Shown: positions 50,901 through 60,625 of the stretch, in pieces | How the letters are laid out: every line of letters begins with the position of its first letter | Position numbering within the stretch: the stretch's first letter is position 1 | Origin: Microcoleus sp. | GTDB lineage: Bacteria; Cyanobacteriota; Cyanobacteriia; Cyanobacteriales; Microcoleaceae | Assembly: GCA_052279835.1 (NCBI GenBank) | Contig: CP181291.1 | Span: 768,001-832,000 of the forward strand | Direction of reading: 5' to 3' | Length of the DNA: 64,000 bases | Translations under genes and position numbers: made by a program | Notes under the pieces: generated by a model | Told to the model about the DNA's origin: nothing | Seen by the model: only the letters and a program-made list of their open reading frames with translations | Databases searched by the model: none

Positions 50901-52391
50901 GAGCATTTTGCTGACTTCTGCTAAAAATCGCGATCGTTGTTGTTCTATTTCCGCTTTTTCCCTAGCGCTTTGTTCTATAGTCAGTTGCGCTTTTTGAACT
51001 TCTGCAACTTTCAATTCGGTGATATCTCGCGCTACAATTAAGGCATATTGAATTACACCTGCTTTATCAAATTCAGGAACTACGCGAGATTGATAAGTTC
51101 TGAGGCCGTTGGCTGAAGGTGCTTGAAATTCAATGATTGCTTCTTTACCAGATGCAAAAACTTTGTGAAGAGTTGTTTCCCAGAGTTGGCACACTTCTGG
51201 ATCTATGCCGATTTCGGCACTGGTTTTACCAATAAAAAATGAAACCGGTTGTCCTTGGCTTTTGGCTACTGCTTGATTGACATAGACATAACGCAGTTGT
51301 TTGTCAGTACGGATAATGATATCTGGCGTATTTTCTAACAGTGTTCTCAATTGCTGTTCGCTGCTGGATAAAGCTGCTTGTGTTTGTTGACGTTCTGTGA
51401 CATCTCGAACAGTCCCAACGTGTCCCATCAATTCCCCAGAGTCAGAAAACATGGGGGAGCAACTAACATTAACCCAACGGCAAATATCCGAGGAAATTTG
51501 CAGGCGATATTCCATGGCATATTCTCCACCTTCGCGGGTATAATTCTGCCACTTACTCAACACTACATCTCTGTCTTCTGGGTGAATGTAATTTTGCCAG
51601 CCATCGGCTAAAATTTCTTCAAAATTCTTGTCATAAATAGCCTGACATCGAGGGTTTACATAGGTAGTGCGACCCTGAATATCCGCCATGAAAATCCCCA
51701 CAGGCGAACAGGAACTTAAAGAGCGAAATCGTTCTTCTTGAGCTTGCAGCGCTTCCTTCGCTACTGTCAATTCTGCCGTTCGCTGTTTGACTCTAGTTTC
51801 TAGCTCACTGTAGGATAAAGCTAAGGCTATTTCTGCTTGCTGACAGTCAGTAATATCGATACCAGTGGCAAGGACATATTCTACCAAGCCGTTGCCATCA
51901 ACAATGACTGTATTTGACCAATTAATTAAGCGCCTCTCACCATTTTTTGTGAGCCAATAGTTAGTATACTTACTAACAAAGTTTTCTGTTTTTAGTTGGT
52001 TGAAAATATTTTTAACAGGCTCTAATTCTTCGGAAACCAAGAATAAATCCCAAACAAATTTATTTTTGACCTCAGCAAAGGAGTAGCCTGTGGTTTTTTC
52101 GCAAACTTCGTTAAAACGGACGATCCGTCCTTCCTTGTCCAAAACTACAATCAAACAGGCGGCTACGCTAATGACTTGGGCAATAATATCTCGTTCTGTT
52201 TGTAGTTCTTTTTCTGTGGACTTGAGACCAGCATACCAAGCCGCGACCATTGCAGTGAGCAAAAATAAGATCGCAGAAGTTGCCTTAAATGTCAACAGTA
52301 ACAAAATAGTCAGCAGTAATGCAGTGCTGGTGGCAAATCCAGCAATTTTGTAAGGTTTAATTGGTAGAGGTGATACCTGAAGCGGACTCAT
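47997..52391 (-). CDS. Membrane-anchored multi-PAS/GAF hybrid histidine kinase
   Basis: N-terminal TM segments; several PAS motifs (DITD, DVTER, DISDRK); LSHELRTPLN, GLGLGLAIV, LVSDIGMP. Confidence 0.93.
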   Translation of the reverse strand: MSPLQVSPLPIKPYKIAGFATSTALLLTILLLLTFKATSAILFLLTAMVAAWYAGLKSTEKELQTERDIIAQVISVAACLIVVLDKEGRIVRFNEVCEKTTGYSFAEVKNKFVWDLFLVSEELEPVKNIFNQLKTENFVSKYTNYWLTKNGERRLINWSNTVIVDGNGLVEYVLATGIDITDCQQAEIALALSYSELETRVKQRTAELTVAKEALQAQEERFRSLSSCSPVGIFMADIQGRTTYVNPRCQAIYDKNFEEILADGWQNYIHPEDRDVVLSKWQNYTREGGEYAMEYRLQISSDICRWVNVSCSPMFSDSGELMGHVGTVRDVTERQQTQAALSSSEQQLRTLLENTPDIIIRTDKQLRYVYVNQAVAKSQGQPVSFFIGKTSAEIGIDPEVCQLWETTLHKVFASGKEAIIEFQAPSANGLRTYQSRVVPEFDKAGVIQYALIVARDITELKVAEVQKAQLTIEQSAREKAEIEQQRSRFLAEVSKMLAASFDGETVLQNIAELAVEMVAQGCWIHLRETDDQVRLVAVAHAEASRLDGRNLLTVGNIDNHVLHGYSLVIRTGTSELISELNPEILATVSGNEAELEVLRSLNIGSQACVPMTARGRVIGAITCFTSECDRHYNSADLAMLEDLAYHVALGLDNARLYAEAQQALAQTSESFALIDSLLEASPLGICFLDRQMRYIRINQVLAELNGLSAEQHLGQDFRQLLPESAAQFAWIIQQVIDTGEPILNVEISGESKGEMGVFGHWVGNYYPVKNENGETIGAGIILTDITVAKQTEIALRESEIRFRSVVESNMIGIGFWDREGAITEANDALLNMLGYTREDLVSGNLYWSQITPPEQAYLDRIALEQISAFGSCTPFEKSYIRKDGTHLPVLIGAAHFQGCQDKGSFFVLDISARKQAEAARSAINQTLEALVHACPLAITVFNSEDGVVTLWNPAAERIFGWKESEAIGHFLPNVPANKRDEFTAKLKGIRQGNAIAGVETKRQRKDGTQIDISLWATPIDDGKGNINCMSIVADISDRKQAEAERTELLQRERAARAEAEAINRLKDEFLATLSHELRTPLNAILGWAQVLRTRTYNAATLARALEAIERQGRVQTHLVEDLLDVSRIIQGKLSLKTGWLDIVKTIDVAMNLVSFDAQAKSVNLNSQLDPALGLIWGDPHRLQQIISNLLTNAVKFTPSGGTVELRLSRELGGSIANLTGEGEVAALSPLPMTNYLQIQVTDTGKGISAEFLPHVFDRFRQADGSITRANNGLGLGLAIVRHLVELHGGSVTAESPGLDLGATFTVKLPLKQPKSQKSQLRGDRNSPFLRPGILAGLKVLVVDDEPDNRELLTVMLSEWGSVAIAAGSVAEAIKILGKFQPDILVSDIGMPIEDGYSLIRKIRSSPSALTKRLPAIALTAYARDEDRALAIAAGYDEHLTKPIEPAQFVAVLAKLAGLNQNDFQ

Positions 52392-52658
52392 TTTGCTTGA
52401 CCTATAGCGAGGGCGCTAAGTTATTGACTACTTAAAAAGATATTAATAATTGTTTTTTTATCTATCAAATCATAATTTGGGGCAACTTGCCATCATCCCT
52501 GAGACAGATTTGAAGAAGTCGGTTGTTGGTTGCTTGTTGACTGTTGACTGTTGCTATATCCCCATGGGAGCCTCTCCCCATCTGCCCATCTACCCATCTG
52601 CTCCTCTCTTTGTTATGATGAAGAGACAAATAAGCTGATTTCAGGGGACTAACTGAGC

Positions 52659-55600
52659 GTGAATCACAAGCTGGCAAAAACGATCTGGTTATTTTTGGCA
52701 GCGGCAATCATGTTCGGATTCATGGGTTATACACTTCAAAATCCAAATTCTGCAAGCAATTCAGTTATTTCGATCGGCTTTCCCAATCTTAACATCGCCA
52801 ACCAGAGTGCGATCGACAATACAGGCGATCGCATCTATCTCAACGGCACATGGCAATTTGTCCCCGCCCTTGGCAATTCCCAAAATCCCCCCTCATCCCC
52901 AAGCTGGGGCTCAATTCAAGTACCCGGAGACTGGCTGGAAGAAAACAGCAAAGCCATACCAGGAATCATCTCTCGTGGTACTGGTAAAGAGTGGGAAAAT
53001 TTCAGAAACAAACAACTATCTAAAGCCTGGTATCAGCGGACAATAGACATTCCCACTGACTGGACAAACCGCCGAATTTTCATAGATTTAGCCAGAGTCA
53101 GCACCGATGCAGTCATCTTTATCAACGGGATTAACTGCGGTCAAATTGATTGGCCCTACGGCACTCTGGAAATTACTAAAGTAGCCAAACCAGGTCAAAA
53201 TACGATATCGATTTTAGTCGCTGCTATCTCCGAAGAAAAAGAGAAAGTAGTGATTATGGGACCGAGTGAAATCTACACCAAAGAATCCAACCTCCTCTCG
53301 CGAGGAATCATCGGTGAAGTCAGAATTTTTAGCAGACCCCCAGGTCCGTTAATTAGCGATGTCTTTGTTCAAACTTCCACCCGAAACCACCAAATAAAAT
53401 TAGATATAGAACTCAAAGATATTAAACAAAACGGGCAAATTCAGTTAGTAGCTCAAATGTTCGATGAAAAGGGCAAAGTCGAACAAAAATTTACCGGAAT
53501 AGCTCAAGTTAAAGCTAAACCAACTCAAACCGTAAACATCCAGTGGGACTGGAAAAACCCCCGGATTTGGGACCTCGGTCAACCCAACCTTTATAACCTG
53601 CAATTACAAGTAACAGGAACTGGCATTAATACGCAGTACGACCAACCTTTTGGCTTCCGAGAATTTTGGATAGAAGGGCGTAAATTTTTCTTAAATGGAA
53701 CAGAATTGCGGCTGCGACCAACCTTACATTCCGATACATGGGAAGGTGGTAGTGTCGTCGGAGCCCAAAAATTAATTGAGGGCTACCTGAAAGCCGGTTT
53801 TAATATCATAGAAATGTGGCCTTGGGATCATGACGAACGGGGGCGCTGGCATTTTCGAGAACTGTTTTCGGAAATAGCAGACATCAAAGGTTTTCCCATT
53901 ATGGCTCCCGCTTTAGATATTACTTCCATAGGTTGGAACGGCCAGTGGAAAAACCACCAAACAAGAGAACGCTGGGAAGGACGAATGGCCACAGAAATGC
54001 GGCGATATCGCAATCACCCCTCAGTTTTAATGTGGGCAACCAGTCCTAATTTTTTTGGCAACAATGATGACCAAAATCCTCGTCGCATCGGTAATAAAAA
54101 ACTAACAGGAACCCTGGGAACAATTGATGATAAGCGTTTGCCAGAGATAGCACCTTTGGCAAAGGATCTGTATTCTGCTATCAAAAAAGTCGATCCAACT
54201 AGACCTGTAATGTTACATCAAGGTGCAAATTTTGGCGATGTTTATGCGCTTAATTCTTATTTAAATCTAATTCCATTGCAAGAAAGAGAAGAGTGGATTT
54301 CTGAGTGGAGCAAAACAGGAGAAATGCCCTACATGGTGGTGGAATTTGGGACTCCACTACAAGTAACTATGATGCGAAATAGGGATGGTTACGCTAGCGT
54401 TATTTTCAGCGAACCATGGAGCACGGAGTTTGCAGCCATTTATTTGGGTAAACAGGCTTATGAGTTAGAAACTGAAAGTTATAAAAATGAAATTCGGAAC
54501 AAATTTATTAAGGGTCAGGAGTATAAAAACTGGCATATGAATCCAGAGTTAGATTTTGCACCGGCTTTTCAAAAGTTGCAGCAGTTATTCAGTACAAATA
54601 CTTGGCGCAGTTGGCGGACTTTTGGGATGTCTGGGGGGATGATTCCTTGGAGTGATGGCCACGGTTGGCAAGTTTCGGATGTTGGTAAAACTAAGGTAGA
54701 TGTTGGAGAATTTCAACCGGGACAGCGGGGGGTTTATTTGAAGCAGATGTCGAAGAGTCTGATGTATTATTTGCAGCCAGAAGCTTACAATATTTATCCG
54801 GCTGGCGAGGCCATTATCAAAAATAATGGTCCTACTTTGGCTTGGATTGCTGGTGCTAGTCCCGCTTTTGTTACCAAAGACCACAGTTTTTTTGCGGGGG
54901 GAAAACTGGCAAAGCAAATAGTATTAATTAACGATACTAGAAGTCAACAAAATTTTAGTTTTAATTGGCAAGTTTTGGTGGATGGGAAAGAGGTGAAAAA
55001 AGGCGATCGCCAGGGAACTATTGACACCGCAGGTACGCTGTTTTTCCCAATTGATGTGATTTTACCTCAGAAGGTTTCGGGCAAGGTTGATGGCGAAATT
55101 CGTCTGAGTGCGAAGGTGGGCGATCGCCCCCACGTTGATAATTTTTCGTTCCGGGTATTTGACAATCCAAGCAAAATCAAGGATAAGCTGACAATCTTCG
55201 ATCCTGTGGGCAAAACATCGGCGATGTTAAAACAATTAGGTTATGAACTTGTGCCTTGGAATGGTAATGTCGGGGCAACCACGGGAGGGGCAACCACGGG
55301 AGGGGCAACCACGGGGGGATTGCCCCTACTAATTATTGGTAGGGAAGCATTTTCTAGCGGGCAAAATTTGCCAGGAAATTTAGAAACTTTTGTGCGGAAT
55401 GGTGGTAAGGTAATTGTGTTTTCCCAAAGCAGGGAATGGCTGCGAAATATGGGTTTGCGGATTGCACAACACATCAGCCGTCGAGTTTATCCAATTAATA
55501 GCAACCACCAGGCAGTTAGCGGTTTGGACGAGGCTGATTTGCGGGATTGGATAGGACAAAGCACTTTGATTGAAGCTTATCCAGATACTGTTCATACGGT

Positions 55601-56516
55601 CGGAAAATTGAGTCCAAAAAATTCACATTGGTACGGCTGGCATTGGGGCAATCATGGGGGTGTCAGCAGCGCTTCTATTGAGAAGCCTCACCGCACTTCT
55701 TGGCGGCCGATTTTGGAGTCGGAGTTTGATTTAGCTTATTCGCCGTTGATGGAATTGGATTATGGAAAAGGGCGATTGATTTTAAATGAGTTGGATTTGG
55801 AAGACCATTTTGCTGCGGATGCTGGGGCGGCGCAATTAGTCCAGAAGCTTGTGAGTTATGGGATGAATTCTATTGTTTCTGGGAAGCCGGATAAAGTGGT
55901 TTTAATTGGGGGAGATCGGGATAGGAAGAAGTTGGATGATTTGGGGGTAATTTATCAGCGGGCTAATGGGCTTTCTCCAGATGTTGGTTTGGCGATTATC
56001 GGGGCCGAGGCCAATGTGAAAGATGCTGATTTGCGGGGTTATTTGAATGCTGGCGGCAAGGTGTTTTTCTTGCCGCGTCAAGTGCCTGTTGCTGGTTTGG
56101 GTGTGGGTTTGCAGCCTGTTCAAAATTTTCGTGGTTCGCTGGCGGTTCCGAGTTGGGATGAGGTGAAAGGGGTTAGTGGTTCGGATTTGCGATCGCGCTC
56201 TTTTTATGATAGTTGGTTGATTAAGTCTGGGGGAGAAATTGGTGCTGACGGTTTGTTAAGTCGGGTTGCTGTAGGTAAGGGTGTGGCGATTTTTTCTCAG
56301 ATTGACCCGGATGGTTTGAATGCTGATACTAAGACTTATTTGCGTTTTACTCGCTGGCGACAAACTCGCGCGAATGCTCAGATTTTGGCTAATTTGGGGG
56401 CTAGTTTTAAGGAGGATGGGGTGGTGTTTAATGGTTCGAGCAATCAGTTTTATCATTCTGATTATAGGACGGATTTTGAGAATGGGGATAATCCTTATCG
56501 CTATTATCGATGGTAA
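52659..56516 (+). CDS. Large glycoside hydrolase family 2-like protein with N-terminal signal/anchor
   Basis: LNGTWQF, QVPGDW, WYQRTIDIP, PRIWD..QPNLY, FGFREFWIEGRKFFLNG, YRNHPSVLMW, PYMVVEFG. Confidence 0.85.
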   Translation: MNHKLAKTIWLFLAAAIMFGFMGYTLQNPNSASNSVISIGFPNLNIANQSAIDNTGDRIYLNGTWQFVPALGNSQNPPSSPSWGSIQVPGDWLEENSKAIPGIISRGTGKEWENFRNKQLSKAWYQRTIDIPTDWTNRRIFIDLARVSTDAVIFINGINCGQIDWPYGTLEITKVAKPGQNTISILVAAISEEKEKVVIMGPSEIYTKESNLLSRGIIGEVRIFSRPPGPLISDVFVQTSTRNHQIKLDIELKDIKQNGQIQLVAQMFDEKGKVEQKFTGIAQVKAKPTQTVNIQWDWKNPRIWDLGQPNLYNLQLQVTGTGINTQYDQPFGFREFWIEGRKFFLNGTELRLRPTLHSDTWEGGSVVGAQKLIEGYLKAGFNIIEMWPWDHDERGRWHFRELFSEIADIKGFPIMAPALDITSIGWNGQWKNHQTRERWEGRMATEMRRYRNHPSVLMWATSPNFFGNNDDQNPRRIGNKKLTGTLGTIDDKRLPEIAPLAKDLYSAIKKVDPTRPVMLHQGANFGDVYALNSYLNLIPLQEREEWISEWSKTGEMPYMVVEFGTPLQVTMMRNRDGYASVIFSEPWSTEFAAIYLGKQAYELETESYKNEIRNKFIKGQEYKNWHMNPELDFAPAFQKLQQLFSTNTWRSWRTFGMSGGMIPWSDGHGWQVSDVGKTKVDVGEFQPGQRGVYLKQMSKSLMYYLQPEAYNIYPAGEAIIKNNGPTLAWIAGASPAFVTKDHSFFAGGKLAKQIVLINDTRSQQNFSFNWQVLVDGKEVKKGDRQGTIDTAGTLFFPIDVILPQKVSGKVDGEIRLSAKVGDRPHVDNFSFRVFDNPSKIKDKLTIFDPVGKTSAMLKQLGYELVPWNGNVGATTGGATTGGATTGGLPLLIIGREAFSSGQNLPGNLETFVRNGGKVIVFSQSREWLRNMGLRIAQHISRRVYPINSNHQAVSGLDEADLRDWIGQSTLIEAYPDTVHTVGKLSPKNSHWYGWHWGNHGGVSSASIEKPHRTSWRPILESEFDLAYSPLMELDYGKGRLILNELDLEDHFAADAGAAQLVQKLVSYGMNSIVSGKPDKVVLIGGDRDRKKLDDLGVIYQRANGLSPDVGLAIIGAEANVKDADLRGYLNAGGKVFFLPRQVPVAGLGVGLQPVQNFRGSLAVPSWDEVKGVSGSDLRSRSFYDSWLIKSGGEIGADGLLSRVAVGKGVAIFSQIDPDGLNADTKTYLRFTRWRQTRANAQILANLGASFKEDGVVFNGSSNQFYHSDYRTDFENGDNPYRYYRW

Positions 56517-56600
56517 GATTTTTTAACCGCAGAGGGCGCAGAGGGCGCAGAGGAAGAGAGGAGAGAGATGAATATTTTAGTCTGGGACGCATTTCGACCA

Positions 56601-56667
56601 AAGAAACCGGGTTTTTTACTAAATCTGTGGTTTGTAACGAAGTATTTTTGTAAAAAACCCGGTTTCT
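56601..56667. repeat. Inverted repeat element AGAAACCGGGTTTTT ... AAAAACCCGGTTTCT between convergent genes
   Basis: Seen directly; aaccgcagagggcgcagagggcgcagagg repeat just upstream at about 56525. Confidence 0.8.
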
Positions 56668-56702
56668 GAGCCCCTATGCGTAAGTCTTAATATTGTTAGA
56701 TA

Positions 56703-56948
56703 TTACAGGTCAAAGTGACGCCGGAAGCGGGGGTCTAGTTTGTCGGTTTTCTTTTGGTTGCAGGTGCGGCATAGGGTTTGCAGGTTGCTGATGTCGTTGC
56801 TGCCGCCGCGGGCTAGGGGGATGATATGATCGATCGAGAGTTGGGTTTCTTGTTTGGTTTGGCCGCAACTTTGGCATTGGTATTTGTTGCGGGTAAATAC
56901 GTATTTTCTGACTTCTGGGGGAATGGGGATTCTAGGGGTTTTAGTCAT
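56703..56948 (-). CDS. Stand-alone HNH endonuclease
   Basis: CQSCG, IDHIIPLARGGSN, NLQTLCRTCNQKK. Confidence 0.92.
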   Translation of the reverse strand: MTKTPRIPIPPEVRKYVFTRNKYQCQSCGQTKQETQLSIDHIIPLARGGSNDISNLQTLCRTCNQKKTDKLDPRFRRHFDL

Positions 56949-57385
56949 GAGTTGTTGGGTTGATTTTGATGGTTTAGTAGTTGGCGGCGCAAATCATCGA
57001 GGGGGGATTCTGGCGGGCTGATTTCTAATTGATTGTTTTCTGGTGTTTCTTCAACTTCTGGTTCGTCTGGACAAAATTCTATAGTGACATTGAGTTTGAG
57101 CTTAATTTTTCCTTTCTTCCAGCCCGGAGCACCCACTCTGAGAATTTCACAATTTATACCTTGACCAAACCATTCTTCGTATGATAAACGTTGTCGGAAA
57201 TCGTTGTGAGGTATATTGATATGTAAGTTCTGTTCTCTTAACGATTTATTGAGTGTCTCTCCTAACTCATACTCAGGCAAAACTCTATTTACTGTTTTCT
57301 TGAGTTTTTCTATTTTAAGCATTGCGTTACCAAAAGATAAAGCATCATCATTACCGCAGTTGTGCAGATCAAATTTATCTTCCAT
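56945..57385 (-). CDS. KGK domain protein
   Basis: WFGQGINCEILRVGAPGWKKGKIKLK...EFCPDEPE...SPLDDLRR. Confidence 0.9.
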   Translation of the reverse strand: MEDKFDLHNCGNDDALSFGNAMLKIEKLKKTVNRVLPEYELGETLNKSLREQNLHINIPHNDFRQRLSYEEWFGQGINCEILRVGAPGWKKGKIKLKLNVTIEFCPDEPEVEETPENNQLEISPPESPLDDLRRQLLNHQNQPNNS

Positions 57386-57413
57386 ATTCTTGCCCGCCTC
57401 AAGTAAGTCCTAT

Positions 57414-57779
57414 TTAATCTACTATTTCTAGTTCCAAAGCTACCATCAAACACCGATTAACGTGGTTTATAGCCTCTGTTGAAAGGGAACCCAGTTTCCG
57501 AGTAATCATTGATTTATTCAGGGTAAAAATGGACTCGCATCTAACTACAGACTCCACTCTAATACCAGCTAATGCAATTTCCTCTCCTGTTATCAAATAT
57601 TGAGCCACCGTCACAGGGCGATTTGTCTTAGAAGTACAAGGTACAACCATCACATCGTCAAGAATTTGGTTGAGATTATCTGCCGAAATTATTACAGCCG
57701 GACGCAGTTTAAACTGTGTTAGCTGAGTTGAAGGCATTGGCACTTGAGCCAACACTAGATCACCGCGCCGTAAGTTCAT
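57414..57779 (-). CDS. PemK/MazF family toxin
   Basis: RRGDLVLA..P.....KLRPAVIIS...VVPCTS...SVVRCESIFTL; likely start at 57779. Confidence 0.88.
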   Translation of the reverse strand: MNLRRGDLVLAQVPMPSTQLTQFKLRPAVIISADNLNQILDDVMVVPCTSKTNRPVTVAQYLITGEEIALAGIRVESVVRCESIFTLNKSMITRKLGSLSTEAINHVNRCLMVALELEIVD

Positions 57780-57963
57780 CGGCAAATATCTCATCATAAA
57801 TGTCATTTTCCGTACTCAGCCAATCTTGATAAGCTTGGGATTCAAGCATCGGTTGAATAGATTCTTGCCCGCTTTTCAAAAAAAGCGCTAAGTTCAGAAG
57901 TATTGCTAACTTCTCATCGGGAAGTTGCTCAATTATAGTTAGAAGTTTTTGGCGAATGTTCAT
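57760..57963 (-). CDS. Putative antitoxin
   Basis: 67 aa, overlaps the toxin start; acidic C-terminus DWLSTENDIYDE. Confidence 0.75.
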   Translation of the reverse strand: MNIRQKLLTIIEQLPDEKLAILLNLALFLKSGQESIQPMLESQAYQDWLSTENDIYDEIFADELTAR

Positions 57964-58017
57964 AGGATTAAAGTCGCTCTTTGTTGGGTATTATAGCACA
58001 ATAAACACAATAAAGAT

Positions 58018-58133
58018 ACCCGGCGAATAGAATTCGCGGCTACACAAACGAAGTCCGCCTCCGCGGACTAAGAATGTTTTTTCAACCCGCGCAGGTGGGT
58101 TTTGTCTGTGTAGGTGCGATTTCCAATCGCCGG
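58018..58133. repeat. Palindromic dispersed element (paired CTACACAAAC..GTCCGCCT.CGCGG arms)
   Basis: ccggcgaatagaattcgcggctacacaaacgaagtccgcctccgcgg ... ccgcgcaggtgggttttgtctgtgtaggtgcgatttccaatcgccgg. Confidence 0.8.
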
Positions 58134-58156
58134 AATTTCGATCGCCAAAATTGCAA

Positions 58157-60625
58157 TCATTCGCCATCCACCGAAACACCATCATTTTGTGCAATTACGG
58201 GTAACAAATGTTCGTGCAATTTCATCGCCTGCAAACAGCTATTAATCCCCGAAACCGCCCGATCGTACTTTTCGATTTTTTCATCATTCTCCCCTTGCAG
58301 CCGCTGATTCCTAGCGATTTTCTCCTCTGCCTCCTGCGCCAAAGTTTGCTCCACATAATCGCGGGCTTGGTTGTATTTCTGCAAAATATCATCCGCTTGC
58401 TTTTGGGCCATCGGTAACAAATGATCTTTCAGGGTTTTATTAACTGTTTGGCGGAAGGTTTGGCGGATGGTTTTCGATACTTTTGGCTCGAAATCTAGGC
58501 GCAACAATTGCCTAATTGCTGGTTGGGCATCTACCATGTTTTCGCAGTCATAACCTTGGGATGTTTGCTGCAATGTTTGCCGGAATTGATAAATGGAAAA
58601 CGTGTCTTCGTCGTAAAAACGGGGACTTTCTCGCACGTAGCGATCGCACTCAACGCCGGCCGCATTCACCAAAGCATCAGAAACCTGCTTTGACAACTCA
58701 TCTAACTGCTGTTCAATTCCCCCGTCATTCCCCAACAATCGATAAAGTAATCGATAATATTCAGACTTCCGCACGCTGTCTTTCAAATACTGGAAAAAGT
58801 TAGCAACTAAGGAAGCAGTAGACTCTACTAAAATATCTTCTAACTGATTGGCTAAATAGTAAAGCGCCTCAACTAAAACAGCAATTAAAGGTGCTGTCGC
58901 ATTGCGGGGATGAGCGAGCACAGTACGCCCGTAAGCTGCCTCAACGGAAAAACTATCTAATAATTCATCTAAGCGCCGAATCATGCGAGATTGCAGTTGC
59001 CGAAAATCGGTATCAAAAATATCGCATTTATTCATAATCATTTCATTGATTTCTGTGGCGATATGTTCCCGAAAATCCTGCCCTACTTGCTGCAATTCTT
59101 GATTTAAGCGCAGAAGTTCCTGTGCTTTCATCGCCTCAATTTCGCGGGGCTGGCTGTCTAAATTCCGGTGGATTGTTTGGTAGTGTTTCCGCAGTTGAAT
59201 GCACAAGTCTTCTAAATCGTCGGCGAGGTTTTTGAACAGTTGCGGGCGTTTTTCTTCGGTGAGGTAGCGGGTAATTCCCGTGCGAAAATCTTCGATGCCG
59301 CTATCTTGAATTAATTGCTCGATTAATGGTCTTCCTTGTTCTGCTAGAATCCGCACGTAGTTTTCGTTTGGTGTTTCGTAGCTGTTAACTGAAATCCGAA
59401 ATTGGCTGGGAGATAACTTGCCGGAATTGGCACAGTAGCGGTTAAATTCGTTGATAAATTGTGGAGTTTCTTCGCTATTCTCGCTACCATTACCCGTATT
59501 GTAGGGGCGGGTTTTACCGATCGACTCTGAATCTAAGTTACTATCTACATCAACCCGCCCTCTTTCGGCAAATATTGTATTTAAGCCAAAGCGATCGCGA
59601 CTTGTGGTATTTTTAATCAAACTGGCGTAAAATCCCAACAATCCGCTAGTTTTGTAAACTCTGGTAGTATCGCGAAAGTCGGAGTTAATCAGATTTTCTA
59701 AGCGCTGTCGCAGTTGGGTGTTGTACCAAGTTTCGTCGATGCGGTTGAAAATGTAAAAAAGGCGATCGCGAATTCCCGGATTTCCCTTGGTTTTTTCCAT
59801 CAACTCGGTTTCTTCCGTCGTCATTTCCCCTGACGAAGCTGCTTTTAAAACGCAGACAACTGCCGAAGTATCCGGGCTTTCAATTTTATTATAAGTTAAT
59901 TCTGCATCCCGTTGTACAGGCGCATCAATTCCCGGCGTATCGATAATTATATTGCCATCTTGCAGCAGGGGATGATAACAATAATATTCGACGCGCTTGA
60001 GCACCGCACTGTTGCTACCGCGGCGAGCATAGCTAGCAGCTTCCTTGAGATTGGAAAAGTTAAACTGTTCCATCGAGTAGGTGGCGTTTTCGAGGGTGTG
60101 AATGCGATCGCGATTGGCTTCAAAACCTTCTAACAGCAGCATCAACGCCTTAGCTTGTTTGGCTAATTCCGATTTATTTTCGCCTCCTTCTTTTTCAATA
60201 ATTATTCTACAACCCTGAGACAAAAGTGGCACTACATCTGTTTGATTAATATTAAGTTCAGTAGTTAAGCCTAATTTTTCACAAAGAGCATAGGCTTGCT
60301 CTCGAATTTCCACTTCGCTCAAAAATGTGAGAACTACTCGCTCTTTGTCTGGCTCAGCAAAGGCGATATAACATTCAGTACCTGTGGCGTGTCCTTCTGC
60401 ACTGTAGAGCAATTCTCGCTCTAATAAAGCATTAATCAACATGGATTTTCCAGCACTGAAAGCACCCGCAAACACAATTTCAAATTCGGGAGCAATTGCT
60501 TTTTTCAAAGAAGCTTGCACTGCTGTAATATCTTGTTGTCGCAAAGATGATTCTTGACGCAGCAGTTGCAATAAACACTCTACGTGTTCTTGTAGATTTT
60601 GGCATTGAGGCGAATTTTGAGTCAT
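58157..60625 (-). CDS. Bacterial dynamin-like GTPase (SynDLP / KGK-clade type)
   Basis: GAFSAGKS, GHATGT, DTPG, NRID; HPRN motif; Cys in PQCQNL and in INSCLQAM. Confidence 0.92.
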   Translation of the reverse strand: MTQNSPQCQNLQEHVECLLQLLRQESSLRQQDITAVQASLKKAIAPEFEIVFAGAFSAGKSMLINALLERELLYSAEGHATGTECYIAFAEPDKERVVLTFLSEVEIREQAYALCEKLGLTTELNINQTDVVPLLSQGCRIIIEKEGGENKSELAKQAKALMLLLEGFEANRDRIHTLENATYSMEQFNFSNLKEAASYARRGSNSAVLKRVEYYCYHPLLQDGNIIIDTPGIDAPVQRDAELTYNKIESPDTSAVVCVLKAASSGEMTTEETELMEKTKGNPGIRDRLFYIFNRIDETWYNTQLRQRLENLINSDFRDTTRVYKTSGLLGFYASLIKNTTSRDRFGLNTIFAERGRVDVDSNLDSESIGKTRPYNTGNGSENSEETPQFINEFNRYCANSGKLSPSQFRISVNSYETPNENYVRILAEQGRPLIEQLIQDSGIEDFRTGITRYLTEEKRPQLFKNLADDLEDLCIQLRKHYQTIHRNLDSQPREIEAMKAQELLRLNQELQQVGQDFREHIATEINEMIMNKCDIFDTDFRQLQSRMIRRLDELLDSFSVEAAYGRTVLAHPRNATAPLIAVLVEALYYLANQLEDILVESTASLVANFFQYLKDSVRKSEYYRLLYRLLGNDGGIEQQLDELSKQVSDALVNAAGVECDRYVRESPRFYDEDTFSIYQFRQTLQQTSQGYDCENMVDAQPAIRQLLRLDFEPKVSKTIRQTFRQTVNKTLKDHLLPMAQKQADDILQKYNQARDYVEQTLAQEAEEKIARNQRLQGENDEKIEKYDRAVSGINSCLQAMKLHEHLLPVIAQNDGVSVDGE

